DNA from: a virus
IMG/VR virus record: IMGVR_UViG_3300045988_096387
Span: 1-40,302 of that record
Strand: one strand, 5' to 3'
Length of the DNA stretch: 40,302 nt
A model generated the notes under the pieces. The model was given only the letters and a program-made list of their open reading frames with translations, ran no database searches and was not told the origin of the DNA. Each line of letters begins with the position of its first letter. Within the stretch, counting starts at the first letter, position 1. This document shows, one piece after another, positions 23,175-31,006 of this stretch. The translations under genes were made by a program, and so were the position numbers.

Positions 23175-23587
23175 TGTTCATTAACGGATTGCCGGACTGC
23201 AACCGGGAGGGCGTCCAGCAGAAAACCGGCCTGATCTGTGGCCGCTGCGCCAAGGACGCCCAGATCTTCACCTCAAAGAGCGGCACCGTTATAGGCTCCG
23301 TCTCCGTGGCGGCCTATAACAAGACCGACGGCACCACCGTCTGGATGAACGTCAAGGGCTTCGGCTCCATGGGCCGTGCGATCGCCAGCGCCTCCAAGGG
23401 CGATCCCATCATCGCTGTGGGCCGCGTAGAACCCCATGACTACGAGGGCAAGGTTTATATCGACTTCATCGCGGAGTGGGCCTCTGTGGGCGCTCAGCGC
23501 ATCGACGCCCGTACCGCCGCCGCCCCGCCCATGAACAGCAGCGGCGGCTTTGAAGAAATTCAAGATGACGGGGAGCTTCCCTTTTAA
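23174..23587 (+). CDS. ssb: Single-stranded DNA-binding protein
   Basis: 137-aa ORF with an OB-fold-like core and the diagnostic acidic tail EEIQDDGELPF. Confidence 0.8.
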   Translation: MFINGLPDCNREGVQQKTGLICGRCAKDAQIFTSKSGTVIGSVSVAAYNKTDGTTVWMNVKGFGSMGRAIASASKGDPIIAVGRVEPHDYEGKVYIDFIAEWASVGAQRIDARTAAAPPMNSSGGFEEIQDDGELPF

Positions 23588-23693
23588 CAACGTTGCCGTG
23601 TGTGTCTAAAGAGTGATGACGGGCGGATGCAAGCAAGCCGCAGCACGATCACCGACGCACACAGCAGCCCCAGAGAAAAGAAGAACGCCCCCC

Positions 23694-23737
23694 ACACCCC
23701 CCTAAGAAGAAAAGATTATATATATATTTATCTCTCT
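23694..23737 (+). repeat. Copy B of the twice-occurring element (ACACCCCCC-TAAGAA ... ATATATATTTATCTCTCT)
   Basis: Shares an 18-nt identical core and the upstream block with 12971..13004. Followed by degenerate ATTAGA(G/A)GCT(A/G)AT tandem units (23755..23800). Lies 85 nt upstream of 23823. Confidence 0.7.
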
Positions 23738-23822
23738 ATTGGCAAGGGGAAAAGAATTAGAGGCTAATACGGGAATTAGAAGCTGATTAGAGACTACTAC
23801 GGAAGTCTTACAGGAGAAGAAC

Positions 23823-24227
23823 ATGGAGAAGCAGGACACCCAGCGGTTGTTTAACCTGATTGAGACCCTTTACCCCAGCTCCAAGCAGCAGCCCCGCACC
23901 CCCGCAGATCTGGAGGCGTGGACGCTGGTATTGGAACCGTGGGCCTATGAGGACGCGAAACAGGCGGTGATCCTACGGGCACGGGAGAACCGGTTCCCGC
24001 CGGACGCATCCGAACTGGTCCCTTACCTGCCCAAACCGGAAGCGCCCAAGGCAAAGGAGGCCCCCATGCCGGAGCCGTCCGACGCCTATCTGGAAAAATT
24101 CTACGCCAAGGCAGGCGAACAGCACGAGCGCTGGCACGATGCCGGTATCCCTACCCCCTCCGAAGCGAAGAAACAGGGGATGACCTATGCCGAATGGTGC
24201 GCTCTGGCAGATATGCGAGGTGTTTGA
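23823..24227 (+). CDS. G39P-like helicase-loader/replisome-organiser-type protein
   Basis: 134-aa ORF. The N-terminal IETLYPSSK...LEAWTLVLEPWAYEDAKQAV...ENRFPPDASEL fits the pattern of the SPP1 G39P loader family (from memory). Confidence 0.5.
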   Translation: MEKQDTQRLFNLIETLYPSSKQQPRTPADLEAWTLVLEPWAYEDAKQAVILRARENRFPPDASELVPYLPKPEAPKAKEAPMPEPSDAYLEKFYAKAGEQHERWHDAGIPTPSEAKKQGMTYAEWCALADMRGV

Positions 24228-24515
24228 ATGGCAAGTAATTTTCGGCTGGACGAGCTGATCCGCCGGTATCCCCCACGGGAGAAGAAGCAGAAGAAAGTCC
24301 CCAAGGTCGAGTTCCAGTCCAAGCAGCTCTGCTGGGATTGTGCAAACGCCTGCGGCGGCTGCGAGTGGTCGTTGCGGTTTGAGCCGGTTCCCGGCTGGGA
24401 CGCCACCCCCACAAGCCGGGTGCTGAAGGTCGGCGGCAAGGGCAAGGGCGGCACACGGGTAGAATCCTCGTTTGTGATCCACTACTGCCCCAAATTCAGG
24501 AGGGACACACGATGA
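24228..24515 (+). CDS. Cys-rich (putative zinc-binding) small protein
   Basis: 95-aa ORF with CWDCANACGGCEWS ... PVPGW ... YCPKF. Confidence 0.45.
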   Translation: MASNFRLDELIRRYPPREKKQKKVPKVEFQSKQLCWDCANACGGCEWSLRFEPVPGWDATPTSRVLKVGGKGKGGTRVESSFVIHYCPKFRRDTR

Positions 24516-24649
24516 TGCGGCTTGTGATTGACATTTACGATGGCGAGGACACGCAGGGTACGAAGGAGGCGGTAGCCATGCTGTTGGAGCCTCTGGGCCG
24601 TGTCCGCGTGGTCAGCGTCATCATTGACGGAAAGGAAGAAAAGCGATGA
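24512..24649 (+). CDS. Small hypothetical protein (45 aa; below the track cutoff)
   Basis: ATGA-coupled ATG 24512 behind CAGGAGGGA. Hand translation: MMRLVIDIYDGEDTQGTKEAVAMLLEPLGRVRVVSVIIDGKEEKR. Confidence 0.4.
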   Translation: MMRLVIDIYDGEDTQGTKEAVAMLLEPLGRVRVVSVIIDGKEEKR

Positions 24650-24801
24650 AGGGTGAATCTACCGTCCCCGTTCTTTACCCGATGGGGGTTTATACGTTTG
24701 CCTTTGCATGCGTCCATTGTGCAAACAGACATTCAGACAAATGCCATCTGTGCAAGTGCGAGAAAAAAAGCGGATTTGAGCCGAAGAAAGAGGAGAACAC
24801 A

Positions 24802-25209
24802 ATGAAAATTGAATTTACGGTTCCCGGTATTCCGATGGGCAAGGGCCGCCCACGGTTTACGAAGGACGGCCATGCACATACTCCGCAGAAAACGCGGGAC
24901 TACGAGAACAAGGTGGTGCAATGCTGGAAGTGCCAGAGCGGAAAGGGCTTTGCGGCGGGTGTGCCGCTCAGGGCTACCGTCACGGCGTTCTTCACGGTGC
25001 CGAGAAGCACGTCAAAGAAAAAAGCCGCTGCGATGGACGGGACGCCCCACATCAAGCGCCCGGATGTTGACAACGTGGCGAAGGCCATCCTGGATGCGCT
25101 GAACGGCCACGCCTACAACGATGACAGCGCAATCGCACTGCTGACAGTACAGAAGTACCAGACAACCGGAGCCTCCCGCGTGGAGATCATTATTGAGGAG
25201 GCAGAATGA
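24802..25209 (+). CDS. rusA: RusA-family Holliday junction resolvase
   Basis: MKIEFTVPGIPMGKGRPRF...RPDVDNVAKAILDALNGHAYNDDS is the canonical RusA signature, with an AGAGGAG RBS before ATG 24802. The frame is also open from ATG 24646, which would add a 52-aa Cys-rich extension. Confidence 0.85.
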   Translation: MKIEFTVPGIPMGKGRPRFTKDGHAHTPQKTRDYENKVVQCWKCQSGKGFAAGVPLRATVTAFFTVPRSTSKKKAAAMDGTPHIKRPDVDNVAKAILDALNGHAYNDDSAIALLTVQKYQTTGASRVEIIIEEAE

Positions 25210-25243
25210 TGGATGCCATTGAATTTGTTAAGCAGTTGGACGC

Positions 25244-25534
25244 ATGAATGAGCAGGGAGTGCCAAAGAAACGTTTCATTTATCCATGCGCTGGGCAAGAG
25301 ACGGGTTCACCAGAGGAAGTTGTGGCCGAAGTTGAGGAATGGGCAGAGGATCACCCCATCAAAACACGCCAGAGCGAGTTCTTGAAGCTGTTCCCGTACG
25401 CACGTGTTAAAAAAGCGAATGGGTTACCGATAGTCAGCCCTTGCGACCTCGACGTCAAGCTGGCGGACAAATGCAAGGGGATTCCTTGCCAGGAGTGCCG
25501 AAAGGCGTTCTGGCTTGCGGAGGTGGAGGAATGA
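25244..25534 (+). CDS. Hypothetical protein (96 aa)
   Basis: ORF with VVAEVEEWAEDHPIKTRQSEFLKLFP. Preceded by a 13-codon ORF (25206..25247) in ATGA overlap. Confidence 0.5.
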   Translation: MNEQGVPKKRFIYPCAGQETGSPEEVVAEVEEWAEDHPIKTRQSEFLKLFPYARVKKANGLPIVSPCDLDVKLADKCKGIPCQECRKAFWLAEVEE

Positions 25535-25794
25535 CCCGTGAAGAGATTTTAGCCGATGCCAAGCAGTGCGTGTGCGGAGGAAGGGAAACCGACTACGGAA
25601 CGCCAGAGGACAGTTTCGGCCTGATTGGGCAATACTGGACGGTATACACCGGGCACACGATTACGGCGAAGGACGTTGCCATGATGATGGCGCTGCTGAA
25701 AATCGCACGGATTCAGGGCAACCGGGCAACGGGCGATTGTTTCGTTGACCTCGCCGGATATGCCGCTTGCGGCGGGGAATTGGAGGGCGCATGA
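25531..25794 (+). CDS. DUF6378-like protein
   Basis: ATGA-coupled start. The pattern RETDYGTPEDSFGLIGQYW...DVAMMMALLKIARI...DCFVDLAGYAA fits the DUF6378 pattern as I remember it. Confidence 0.5.
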   Translation: MTREEILADAKQCVCGGRETDYGTPEDSFGLIGQYWTVYTGHTITAKDVAMMMALLKIARIQGNRATGDCFVDLAGYAACGGELEGA

Positions 25795-26486
25795 AAGTGT
25801 TGATAGCCTGCGAGGAATCGCAGGAAGTCTGTAAGGCGTTCCGGGCGCTGGGCCATGAGGCATATTCCTGTGACATCCTGGGGCCGTCCGGCGGACATCC
25901 TGAGTGGCACATCTTAGGCGATGCGCTCAAGGCCATCGAGGGGGGGCAAGTGACCACTATGGACGGGAAGACCCATGATGTGGGGCGGTGGGATCTGCTG
26001 ATCGCGCACCCGCCGTGCACATACTTAACTGTTACCGGGAATCGCTGGTTTAACACGGAAAGATATGGAGAAAAGGCGGTCAGGCGGTTGGCGTTGCGGG
26101 AAGAAGCTGCGGCGTTTTTCCTGGCCTTTGTAAATGCCAACGTTTGTAAAATCGCGGTAGAAAATCCGGTCGGGTATATGTCTACATGCTATCGCAAGCC
26201 GGATTGCATTGTCCAGCCATATGAGTTCGGACACCAGGCAAGAAAAAAGACTTGCCTGTGGTTAAAGGGCCTTCCCACTTTGAAACCGACAAATATTGTA
26301 GACGCAGGAGAAATTTTACCAGGTGGATACAGTGTAGGTGCGAGTGCGAATTATGCGAAAGATGAAAAAGGGAAAGCCCTGAGATGGAATGACCCGCGCA
26401 CGGCAAGGACCAGAAGCAAAACCTTCCCCGGCATCGCCAGAGCCATGGCGGAGCAATGGGGTGGAGACATAAGGGAGGAATTATGA
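25791..26486 (+). CDS. C5-cytosine-methyltransferase-like protein with atypical motif I
   Basis: ATGA-coupled start MKVLIACEESQ. AHPPCTYLT resembles motif IV (PC) and AVENPVG resembles motif VI (ENV). The canonical FxGxG SAM motif is absent. Confidence 0.5.
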   Translation: MKVLIACEESQEVCKAFRALGHEAYSCDILGPSGGHPEWHILGDALKAIEGGQVTTMDGKTHDVGRWDLLIAHPPCTYLTVTGNRWFNTERYGEKAVRRLALREEAAAFFLAFVNANVCKIAVENPVGYMSTCYRKPDCIVQPYEFGHQARKKTCLWLKGLPTLKPTNIVDAGEILPGGYSVGASANYAKDEKGKALRWNDPRTARTRSKTFPGIARAMAEQWGGDIREEL

Positions 26487-27046
26487 GAGATACAAACCTC
26501 GTAAATGCGTTGCGTGAGCACGCAGAATGGGCGCGAGCAAATGAGTGGGAAACGCCGATCACGCTGGGCGATGACTTGGTAGAAGCCGCCGACCGGATCG
26601 CCAACCAGAGCACCCACATCGCGGCGCTCCAGCAGGAGATCGAGAAGCTGCGGGGGCAGAACGAGCAACTGCGGGAAGCGGCTGCGCTGGTGACCAAGGA
26701 GAGCGCGGAGCTGCTTGAGCGGCGCTGGGTCCCGGTGACGGAGCGGCTGCCGGGACCAGAAACAGACGTTTTGGCGGTTTGCAACCGCAATGGGTACATA
26801 TTCGTGGTTCCGGCTATCTACGAAGATGGAAAGATGTTGACGCAAGACAGCAAATGGAACTGGTGCGACATTTACACCTACGGGCTTTACAGCGAAGAAG
26901 CAGATGATTATTACATTCCAAGCGGCTGGTGGGAGAACAGACAGTTCAACCCTGATGATGTGTATAACAATCTGGTAGACTGTCCCGTCACCCACTGGAT
27001 GCCGCTGCCGGAACCGCCGGAGGTGGAAAATGCTGAAACCAAGTGA
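26483..27046 (+). CDS. DUF551-domain protein with N-terminal coiled coil
   Basis: C-terminal RWVPVTERLP ... THWMPLPEPP is the DUF551 signature. Confidence 0.6.
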   Translation: MRDTNLVNALREHAEWARANEWETPITLGDDLVEAADRIANQSTHIAALQQEIEKLRGQNEQLREAAALVTKESAELLERRWVPVTERLPGPETDVLAVCNRNGYIFVVPAIYEDGKMLTQDSKWNWCDIYTYGLYSEEADDYYIPSGWWENRQFNPDDVYNNLVDCPVTHWMPLPEPPEVENAETK

Positions 27047-27377
27047 TCTGACGAAGGCGGAACTGCTGCAAGTGGTAGAAATGCTGGCCATGGAGACAGG
27101 CCCGTATTATTTGGATCGTGCGCTGGGGCGAATTAGGCTCCAGCGCAACGACGCCCACTACGAAAGGTGCCGAAAATTGATTGACGAGGAAAAACAGCAC
27201 TATGATGCCTATTTTGACCTGCTAAAGCCCTATGAGGGGTGCCGTTTGATGGACATACCGCTGGATGTTGTCAAAAAGGCGCAGGCAGAACTGGACAAGG
27301 CACGGGCAGCCGGGGCAGAGTGGAACAGGCGGAATGGAATCAAACTGAAAGGAAGGGAATGTGATGGAAAATGTTAA
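27030..27377 (+). CDS. Hypothetical protein (115 aa)
   Basis: ORF in the early operon. No recognised motif. Confidence 0.45.
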   Translation: MLKPSDLTKAELLQVVEMLAMETGPYYLDRALGRIRLQRNDAHYERCRKLIDEEKQHYDAYFDLLKPYEGCRLMDIPLDVVKKAQAELDKARAAGAEWNRRNGIKLKGRECDGKC

Positions 27378-27894
27378 TTGCCTGCGCTGCCACTTTAGGC
27401 ATGAGGATAACGGGAATTGTACTGCGGTCGGCGGGTTCTGCACGGCGGTCCCGGCGGCGCACTGCCCGCTGTTGCGTCAGTATTTAGACACGGGCATGAC
27501 GCCAGAAGCGTTTCAATCTTATGTGGTGTTTCTTCAGGATTTAATTGGAAACCAAAAAGCCAGTGAGGCACTGGACAGGTTCCGCCAGTTGGCCAAAGCA
27601 GACAAGGACGGTCGGCTGGCTGTGCTGCCGTGCAAGGACTGGCTTGAGGTTGTCTTTGGGGATCAAGTTTTATTCTGGGGAATTGACAAAGACTATGTAG
27701 AGCAACCGATCAGGGAAATTTCCTTGGATGACGCAGACCGCATCGGATGGTATGACGGCTATAAAACTGTATTCCTAAAGGGGACTGACGAAAACGGCGA
27801 AGTATGGGAGTTTTATCCAGAGGAAATCGGCAAGACTGTGTTTCTCACCCGCGAGGCGGCGGAGAAAGCATTGGAGGCGATGAAGGATGACTGA
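27364..27894 (+). CDS. Hypothetical Cys-rich protein (176 aa)
   Basis: ATG 27364 behind GGAAGGGAA. N-terminal CLRCH...C...C...C cluster and C-terminal VFLTREAAEKALEAMK. Confidence 0.5.
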   Translation: MENVNCLRCHFRHEDNGNCTAVGGFCTAVPAAHCPLLRQYLDTGMTPEAFQSYVVFLQDLIGNQKASEALDRFRQLAKADKDGRLAVLPCKDWLEVVFGDQVLFWGIDKDYVEQPIREISLDDADRIGWYDGYKTVFLKGTDENGEVWEFYPEEIGKTVFLTREAAEKALEAMKDD

Positions 27895-28123
27895 CCTAAA
27901 ACCATGCCCGTTCTGCGGCGGTAAACTGAACTTTTACCGGGAAAACTATGTGAATCGTTTCGGAAAGCGCATCATTAAGCAATACTGGATGCACGATGAT
28001 ACAGATTGTGTCCTTAACGACATAAATCAGCCTTTTGTTTTAGGGGCTGGAGACGCAAATCCGGAAACGGGTTATCCGGGAGAGTATGCTGAAAAATGGA
28101 ACAGGAGGGCTGACAATGGCTGA
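27887..28123 (+). CDS. Lar-family (restriction-alleviation-like) zinc-ribbon protein, copy 2
   Basis: MTDLKPCPFCGG ... AEKWNRRA is a close fit to the Lar family N- and C-terminal motifs. Confidence 0.6.
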   Translation: MTDLKPCPFCGGKLNFYRENYVNRFGKRIIKQYWMHDDTDCVLNDINQPFVLGAGDANPETGYPGEYAEKWNRRADNG

Positions 28124-28409
28124 ATACATCAAGCGAGATGCGGCGATTCGCGAGATAGAGCAAATAAATCCTGTTGACTATGGTGCTATGTGGGACTATG
28201 AAGCTCATCATTGGGCAGGAGAATGTCTAAGAGACTGCAAAGAGGCGATTGATAGTATTCCCACCGCCGACGTGGCCCCAATCGAAGCGCTGGAGCGCCT
28301 GCGGGACGAGATGTGTGCGCAGGACCTAATCACCATGGAGGGGCTGAGAAAGCTGAACACGCTGATTTGGAAGTACACAACGGTACATGACGGAGGGCAA
28401 TGCGAATGA
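28116..28409 (+). CDS. Hypothetical protein (97 aa)
   Basis: ATG 28116 overlaps the upstream gene end. Confidence 0.45.
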   Translation: MAEYIKRDAAIREIEQINPVDYGAMWDYEAHHWAGECLRDCKEAIDSIPTADVAPIEALERLRDEMCAQDLITMEGLRKLNTLIWKYTTVHDGGQCE

Positions 28410-28798
28410 TAGATACCGTGATGGTGAATATTGGCGCGGCGTTTATGATTGTCGGCGGTGCTGCGCTGGTGGCGATTGTTCTCGGCTTGGTAATCTATGC
28501 CGCCGGTTGGGCTTGGGTAGCTGCAAGTGATAAGTGGAGGGATATCCTCCGAGCAGAAAGCCTGATCTATGAATACCGCATGAATAGAGATGCCTATATC
28601 AAGTGGCGGAGAAATGCGAATAAGACTGTAGACAGTTCTACGTCGGTGACGCTGTGTAAGGACTGTAAGCACGGCTATGAAGATACTGGCGGTCTGTGTT
28701 GTAGTTATGGGCCGTGCGTGGATTGCATTGTACCGGAAGATTTCTTCTGCTCCTATGGCAAGAGAAAGGACGGAGGTGACAGCTATGCGGCTGATTGA
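28406..28798 (+). CDS. Membrane protein with C-terminal CKDCKH...FFCSYGKRKDGG zinc-ribbon-like module
   Basis: ATGA-coupled ATG 28406 lies 8 nt after GGAGGG. TM segment GAAFMIVGGAALVAIVLGLVIYAAGWAWV. Confidence 0.5.
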   Translation: MIDTVMVNIGAAFMIVGGAALVAIVLGLVIYAAGWAWVAASDKWRDILRAESLIYEYRMNRDAYIKWRRNANKTVDSSTSVTLCKDCKHGYEDTGGLCCSYGPCVDCIVPEDFFCSYGKRKDGGDSYAAD

Positions 28799-29060
28799 TG
28801 CAGAGTTGTTGGAAGAACAGTTTGGAATTTCCGATGCAGATATTTTAGCAAAAGAAGAAATTCGATTCGCTCCCACCGTGGATGCCGTGGTCGTGACGCG
28901 GTGCAAGGATTGTAAGCATTTGTGCGTGTGGAATCGAAAAGATCTATACGCATTTTGCCCCAAAACAAACATCGTGTTTTTGCCATTTGATAAGGACACA
29001 AGGACATTCTTTTGTAGCCTTGGCGAGAGAAAGGACGGCGGGGATGACCGTGACGCTTAG
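28785..29060 (+). CDS. Small protein with a CKDCKH...FFCSLGERKDGG module
   Basis: Start MRLIDAELL at 28785. Shares its Cys module and C-terminal ERKDGGD with its neighbours. Confidence 0.5.
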   Translation: MRLIDAELLEEQFGISDADILAKEEIRFAPTVDAVVVTRCKDCKHLCVWNRKDLYAFCPKTNIVFLPFDKDTRTFFCSLGERKDGGDDRDA

Positions 29061-29394
29061 AGAAAAACTGATGCACTACACGCATGATCTCGACTGTGGT
29101 GCCGACCTAAAGCAAGAAGCTATTGCGACCATCGAACATATCGCACAATACATGGACGAAGATGAACTATTGCATCATAGCCGGCCCCTTGCTCTTGCCT
29201 ATCTTGCTCTAACGGAAGATGCTTCTGTGCCGGTGGTGCATGGGTGATGGAACGCGGACGAAACTTGCTCAGTATGCGGGGAGAAGTCAACGGAAGGACT
29301 GGATGCAGTGAAGTGGGACTATTGGCTCCCTGACTACTGCCCCCACTGCGGGGCCAAGATGGACGGCGAGAGAAAGGACGGCGGGGATGATTGA
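29044..29394 (+). pseudogene. Zinc-ribbon gene interrupted by an in-frame TGA (29245..29247)
   Basis: 29044..29247 ends ...VPVVHG-TGA. The same frame continues WNADETCSVCGEK...YCPHCGAKMDGERKDGGDD to TGA 29392..29394. The downstream part has no start codon or RBS of its own. Confidence 0.5.
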
Positions 29395-29430
29395 CCGCCA
29401 GCCGTCCCACGCAACAAAAGGAGGTAAGCT

Positions 29431-29631
29431 ATGGAGGATCGGGACAAAAAACTGCTGAAAACCTATGCGGAGAACAACATGAGCATGAAAAAGACCGGCG
29501 GCGCGGTTTATCTGCACTATAACTCCATCCGCTACCGCTTTCGGCTCATTCAGCGGGAAACCGGGCTGAACCCACGGAATTTTTACGATCTGGAAAAGCT
29601 GTTAGCCATGATAGACAAGCAGGGGTCCTGA
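29431..29631 (+). CDS. PucR/CdaR-C-terminal-type HTH regulator (small)
   Basis: 66-aa ORF with an AAAGGAGG RBS. GGAVYLHYNSIRYRFRLIQRETGLNPRNFYD matches the HTH_30-type pattern (h.h.nTlryRl.ri.e.tG). Confidence 0.55.
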   Translation: MEDRDKKLLKTYAENNMSMKKTGGAVYLHYNSIRYRFRLIQRETGLNPRNFYDLEKLLAMIDKQGS

Positions 29632-29684
29632 CCCCCTGCATCGGTAGATCAAAGGGGAGGGGCACTTCGTAAAGGAGGCCCAAT

Positions 29685-29903
29685 ATGAAATACCGATACA
29701 CCGTCCAGCAGCTCCAAAAAATGGAGCAGTGCCGCTATCTCACCGACCGGGAGCGGCGCGTGTTCAATCTGGTCTGCCGCCGTGGCTGGGCGATTGAGGA
29801 CGCGGCGGCAGAGCTGTACCTGTCCCGTTCCTCCGTAAACGCCTGCCTGCGCTCCATCCGGGATAAAGCAGGCATCTCCCGCCCAAGCAAAAAACATCCA
29901 TAA
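29685..29903 (+). CDS. Sigma-70 region-4 / LuxR-type HTH protein (late-regulator candidate)
   Basis: 72-aa ORF with an AAAGGAGG RBS. Segment: LTDRERRVFNLVCRRGWAIEDAAAELYLSRSSVNACLRSIRDK. Last gene before the early-operon terminator. Confidence 0.55.
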   Translation: MKYRYTVQQLQKMEQCRYLTDRERRVFNLVCRRGWAIEDAAAELYLSRSSVNACLRSIRDKAGISRPSKKHP

Positions 29904-29910
29904 GCCATGA

Positions 29911-29957
29911 CAAGCGGTGTCCTGTGGTACGGTAACCATAGAGCACCGCTTGTTTTG
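29911..29957 (+). terminator. Rho-independent terminator ending the early operon
   Basis: CAAGCGGTG-(loop with inner TGGT/ACCA stem)-CACCGCTTG followed by TTTTG. Confidence 0.7.
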
Positions 29958-29960
29958 CGC

Positions 29961-29977
29961 GCGGAAACAGGGGGTGT
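29961..29977 (+). promoter_or_regulatory. GCGGAAACAGGGGGTGT motif upstream of the 30004 cassette
   Basis: Near-identical to the reverse complement of 12592..12610 (two fewer A). Followed by TATTTT and the GAAGGAGG RBS. Confidence 0.35.
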
Positions 29978-30003
29978 ATTTTTAGAGAAGGAGGAATCTC
30001 TCT

Positions 30004-30597
30004 ATGGCTGAATTTGCAAGCAAGGGCGTCGCAGGCACTGCTCTCGGCACCGGCATTGCCGGTCTGTCTCTGGGCGTCCTGAACTCTCTGGGCGGTCTTG
30101 GCGGGATGCTGCTGGGCAATCGCGTCATCCCCTTTGCCGCTGGTATGGCGGCGGAGGCCGGATGCAGCGAGAACCACACGGTCAACCGCTACGAGCTGTC
30201 CATGGTGCAGGAGAACGCCAAGCTCCGCAGTGACATTGCTCTGCGGGATGCCAACACCTACCAGGATCAGAAGATGCTGGAGATGTATAAGTACATCGAC
30301 GGCAAGCTGGGCGAGGTACAGGGTGTGCTGGCTTCTCAGGCGGTCAACAATCAGGCCACCAAGGACAGCTTCCAGCTGTTGCAGGAGCGCGTGGACTGCT
30401 GCAAGAACGAGCTGTGCGGGGCCATTTCCCGGGAGCGGGACGAGCGGAAGTGCGCTGACAACACCATTGTCACCTACACCAACGCCACCTTTTATCCCAA
30501 AATGGTCGCGGACATCACCACCGGCACCGGCACCACGCCCCAGTCCACCTATAACCCCCTCCCCGTCTCCACCTGCGGCTGCAACTGCGGTCGCTAA
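30004..30597 (+). CDS. Gly-zipper membrane / coiled-coil / Cys-rich-tail protein, function unknown
   Basis: 197-aa ORF with a GAAGGAGG RBS. N-terminal GVAGTALGTGIAGLSLGVLNSLGGLGGMLLG, a central heptad-like region and a C-terminal STCGCNCGR. Confidence 0.55.
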   Translation: MAEFASKGVAGTALGTGIAGLSLGVLNSLGGLGGMLLGNRVIPFAAGMAAEAGCSENHTVNRYELSMVQENAKLRSDIALRDANTYQDQKMLEMYKYIDGKLGEVQGVLASQAVNNQATKDSFQLLQERVDCCKNELCGAISRERDERKCADNTIVTYTNATFYPKMVADITTGTGTTPQSTYNPLPVSTCGCNCGR

Positions 30598-30658
30598 GAG
30601 GCGCAGAGGGAAGAAGAGAGGGGCATAGCGCCCCTCTCTCCCGTCATTGGAGGAATCT

Positions 30659-30997
30659 ATGGTAACATTGGAACAGATCAAGCAGGGCGCTGCCCGCTAT
30701 GTGGATGAAGAATTTACCGGGAAGCTCACCGGCTGGCAGAAATGGGCCGTTGGCGCCGGGGCCGCTATGGCCCTTGGCAATCTGGACGCCAGCCTTTCCG
30801 CCCTCCGGGAGCACCCCGCCATGAAGGCCCTCGGCGTCTTTGACGAGGCGGGGAACGTAGATATTGACAAGATCTACACCTGCCTGAAAACCGAAGCCGC
30901 CAAAGGCCCCGTCACCACCAATATCCCCCTGATTGGGAACGTCACGCTGAATGAAACGGATGTGGACAAGCTCTACACCCTTATCAAGCAGAGTTAG
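30659..30997 (+). CDS. Hypothetical protein (112 aa) with one hydrophobic Gly/Ala segment
   Basis: ATG 30659 lies 6 nt after GGAGG; the track shows an upstream TTG start. Hydrophobic segment WAVGAGAAMALG. Confidence 0.5.
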   Translation: MVTLEQIKQGAARYVDEEFTGKLTGWQKWAVGAGAAMALGNLDASLSALREHPAMKALGVFDEAGNVDIDKIYTCLKTEAAKGPVTTNIPLIGNVTLNETDVDKLYTLIKQS

Positions 30998-31006
30998 GAG
31001 GCTCTT

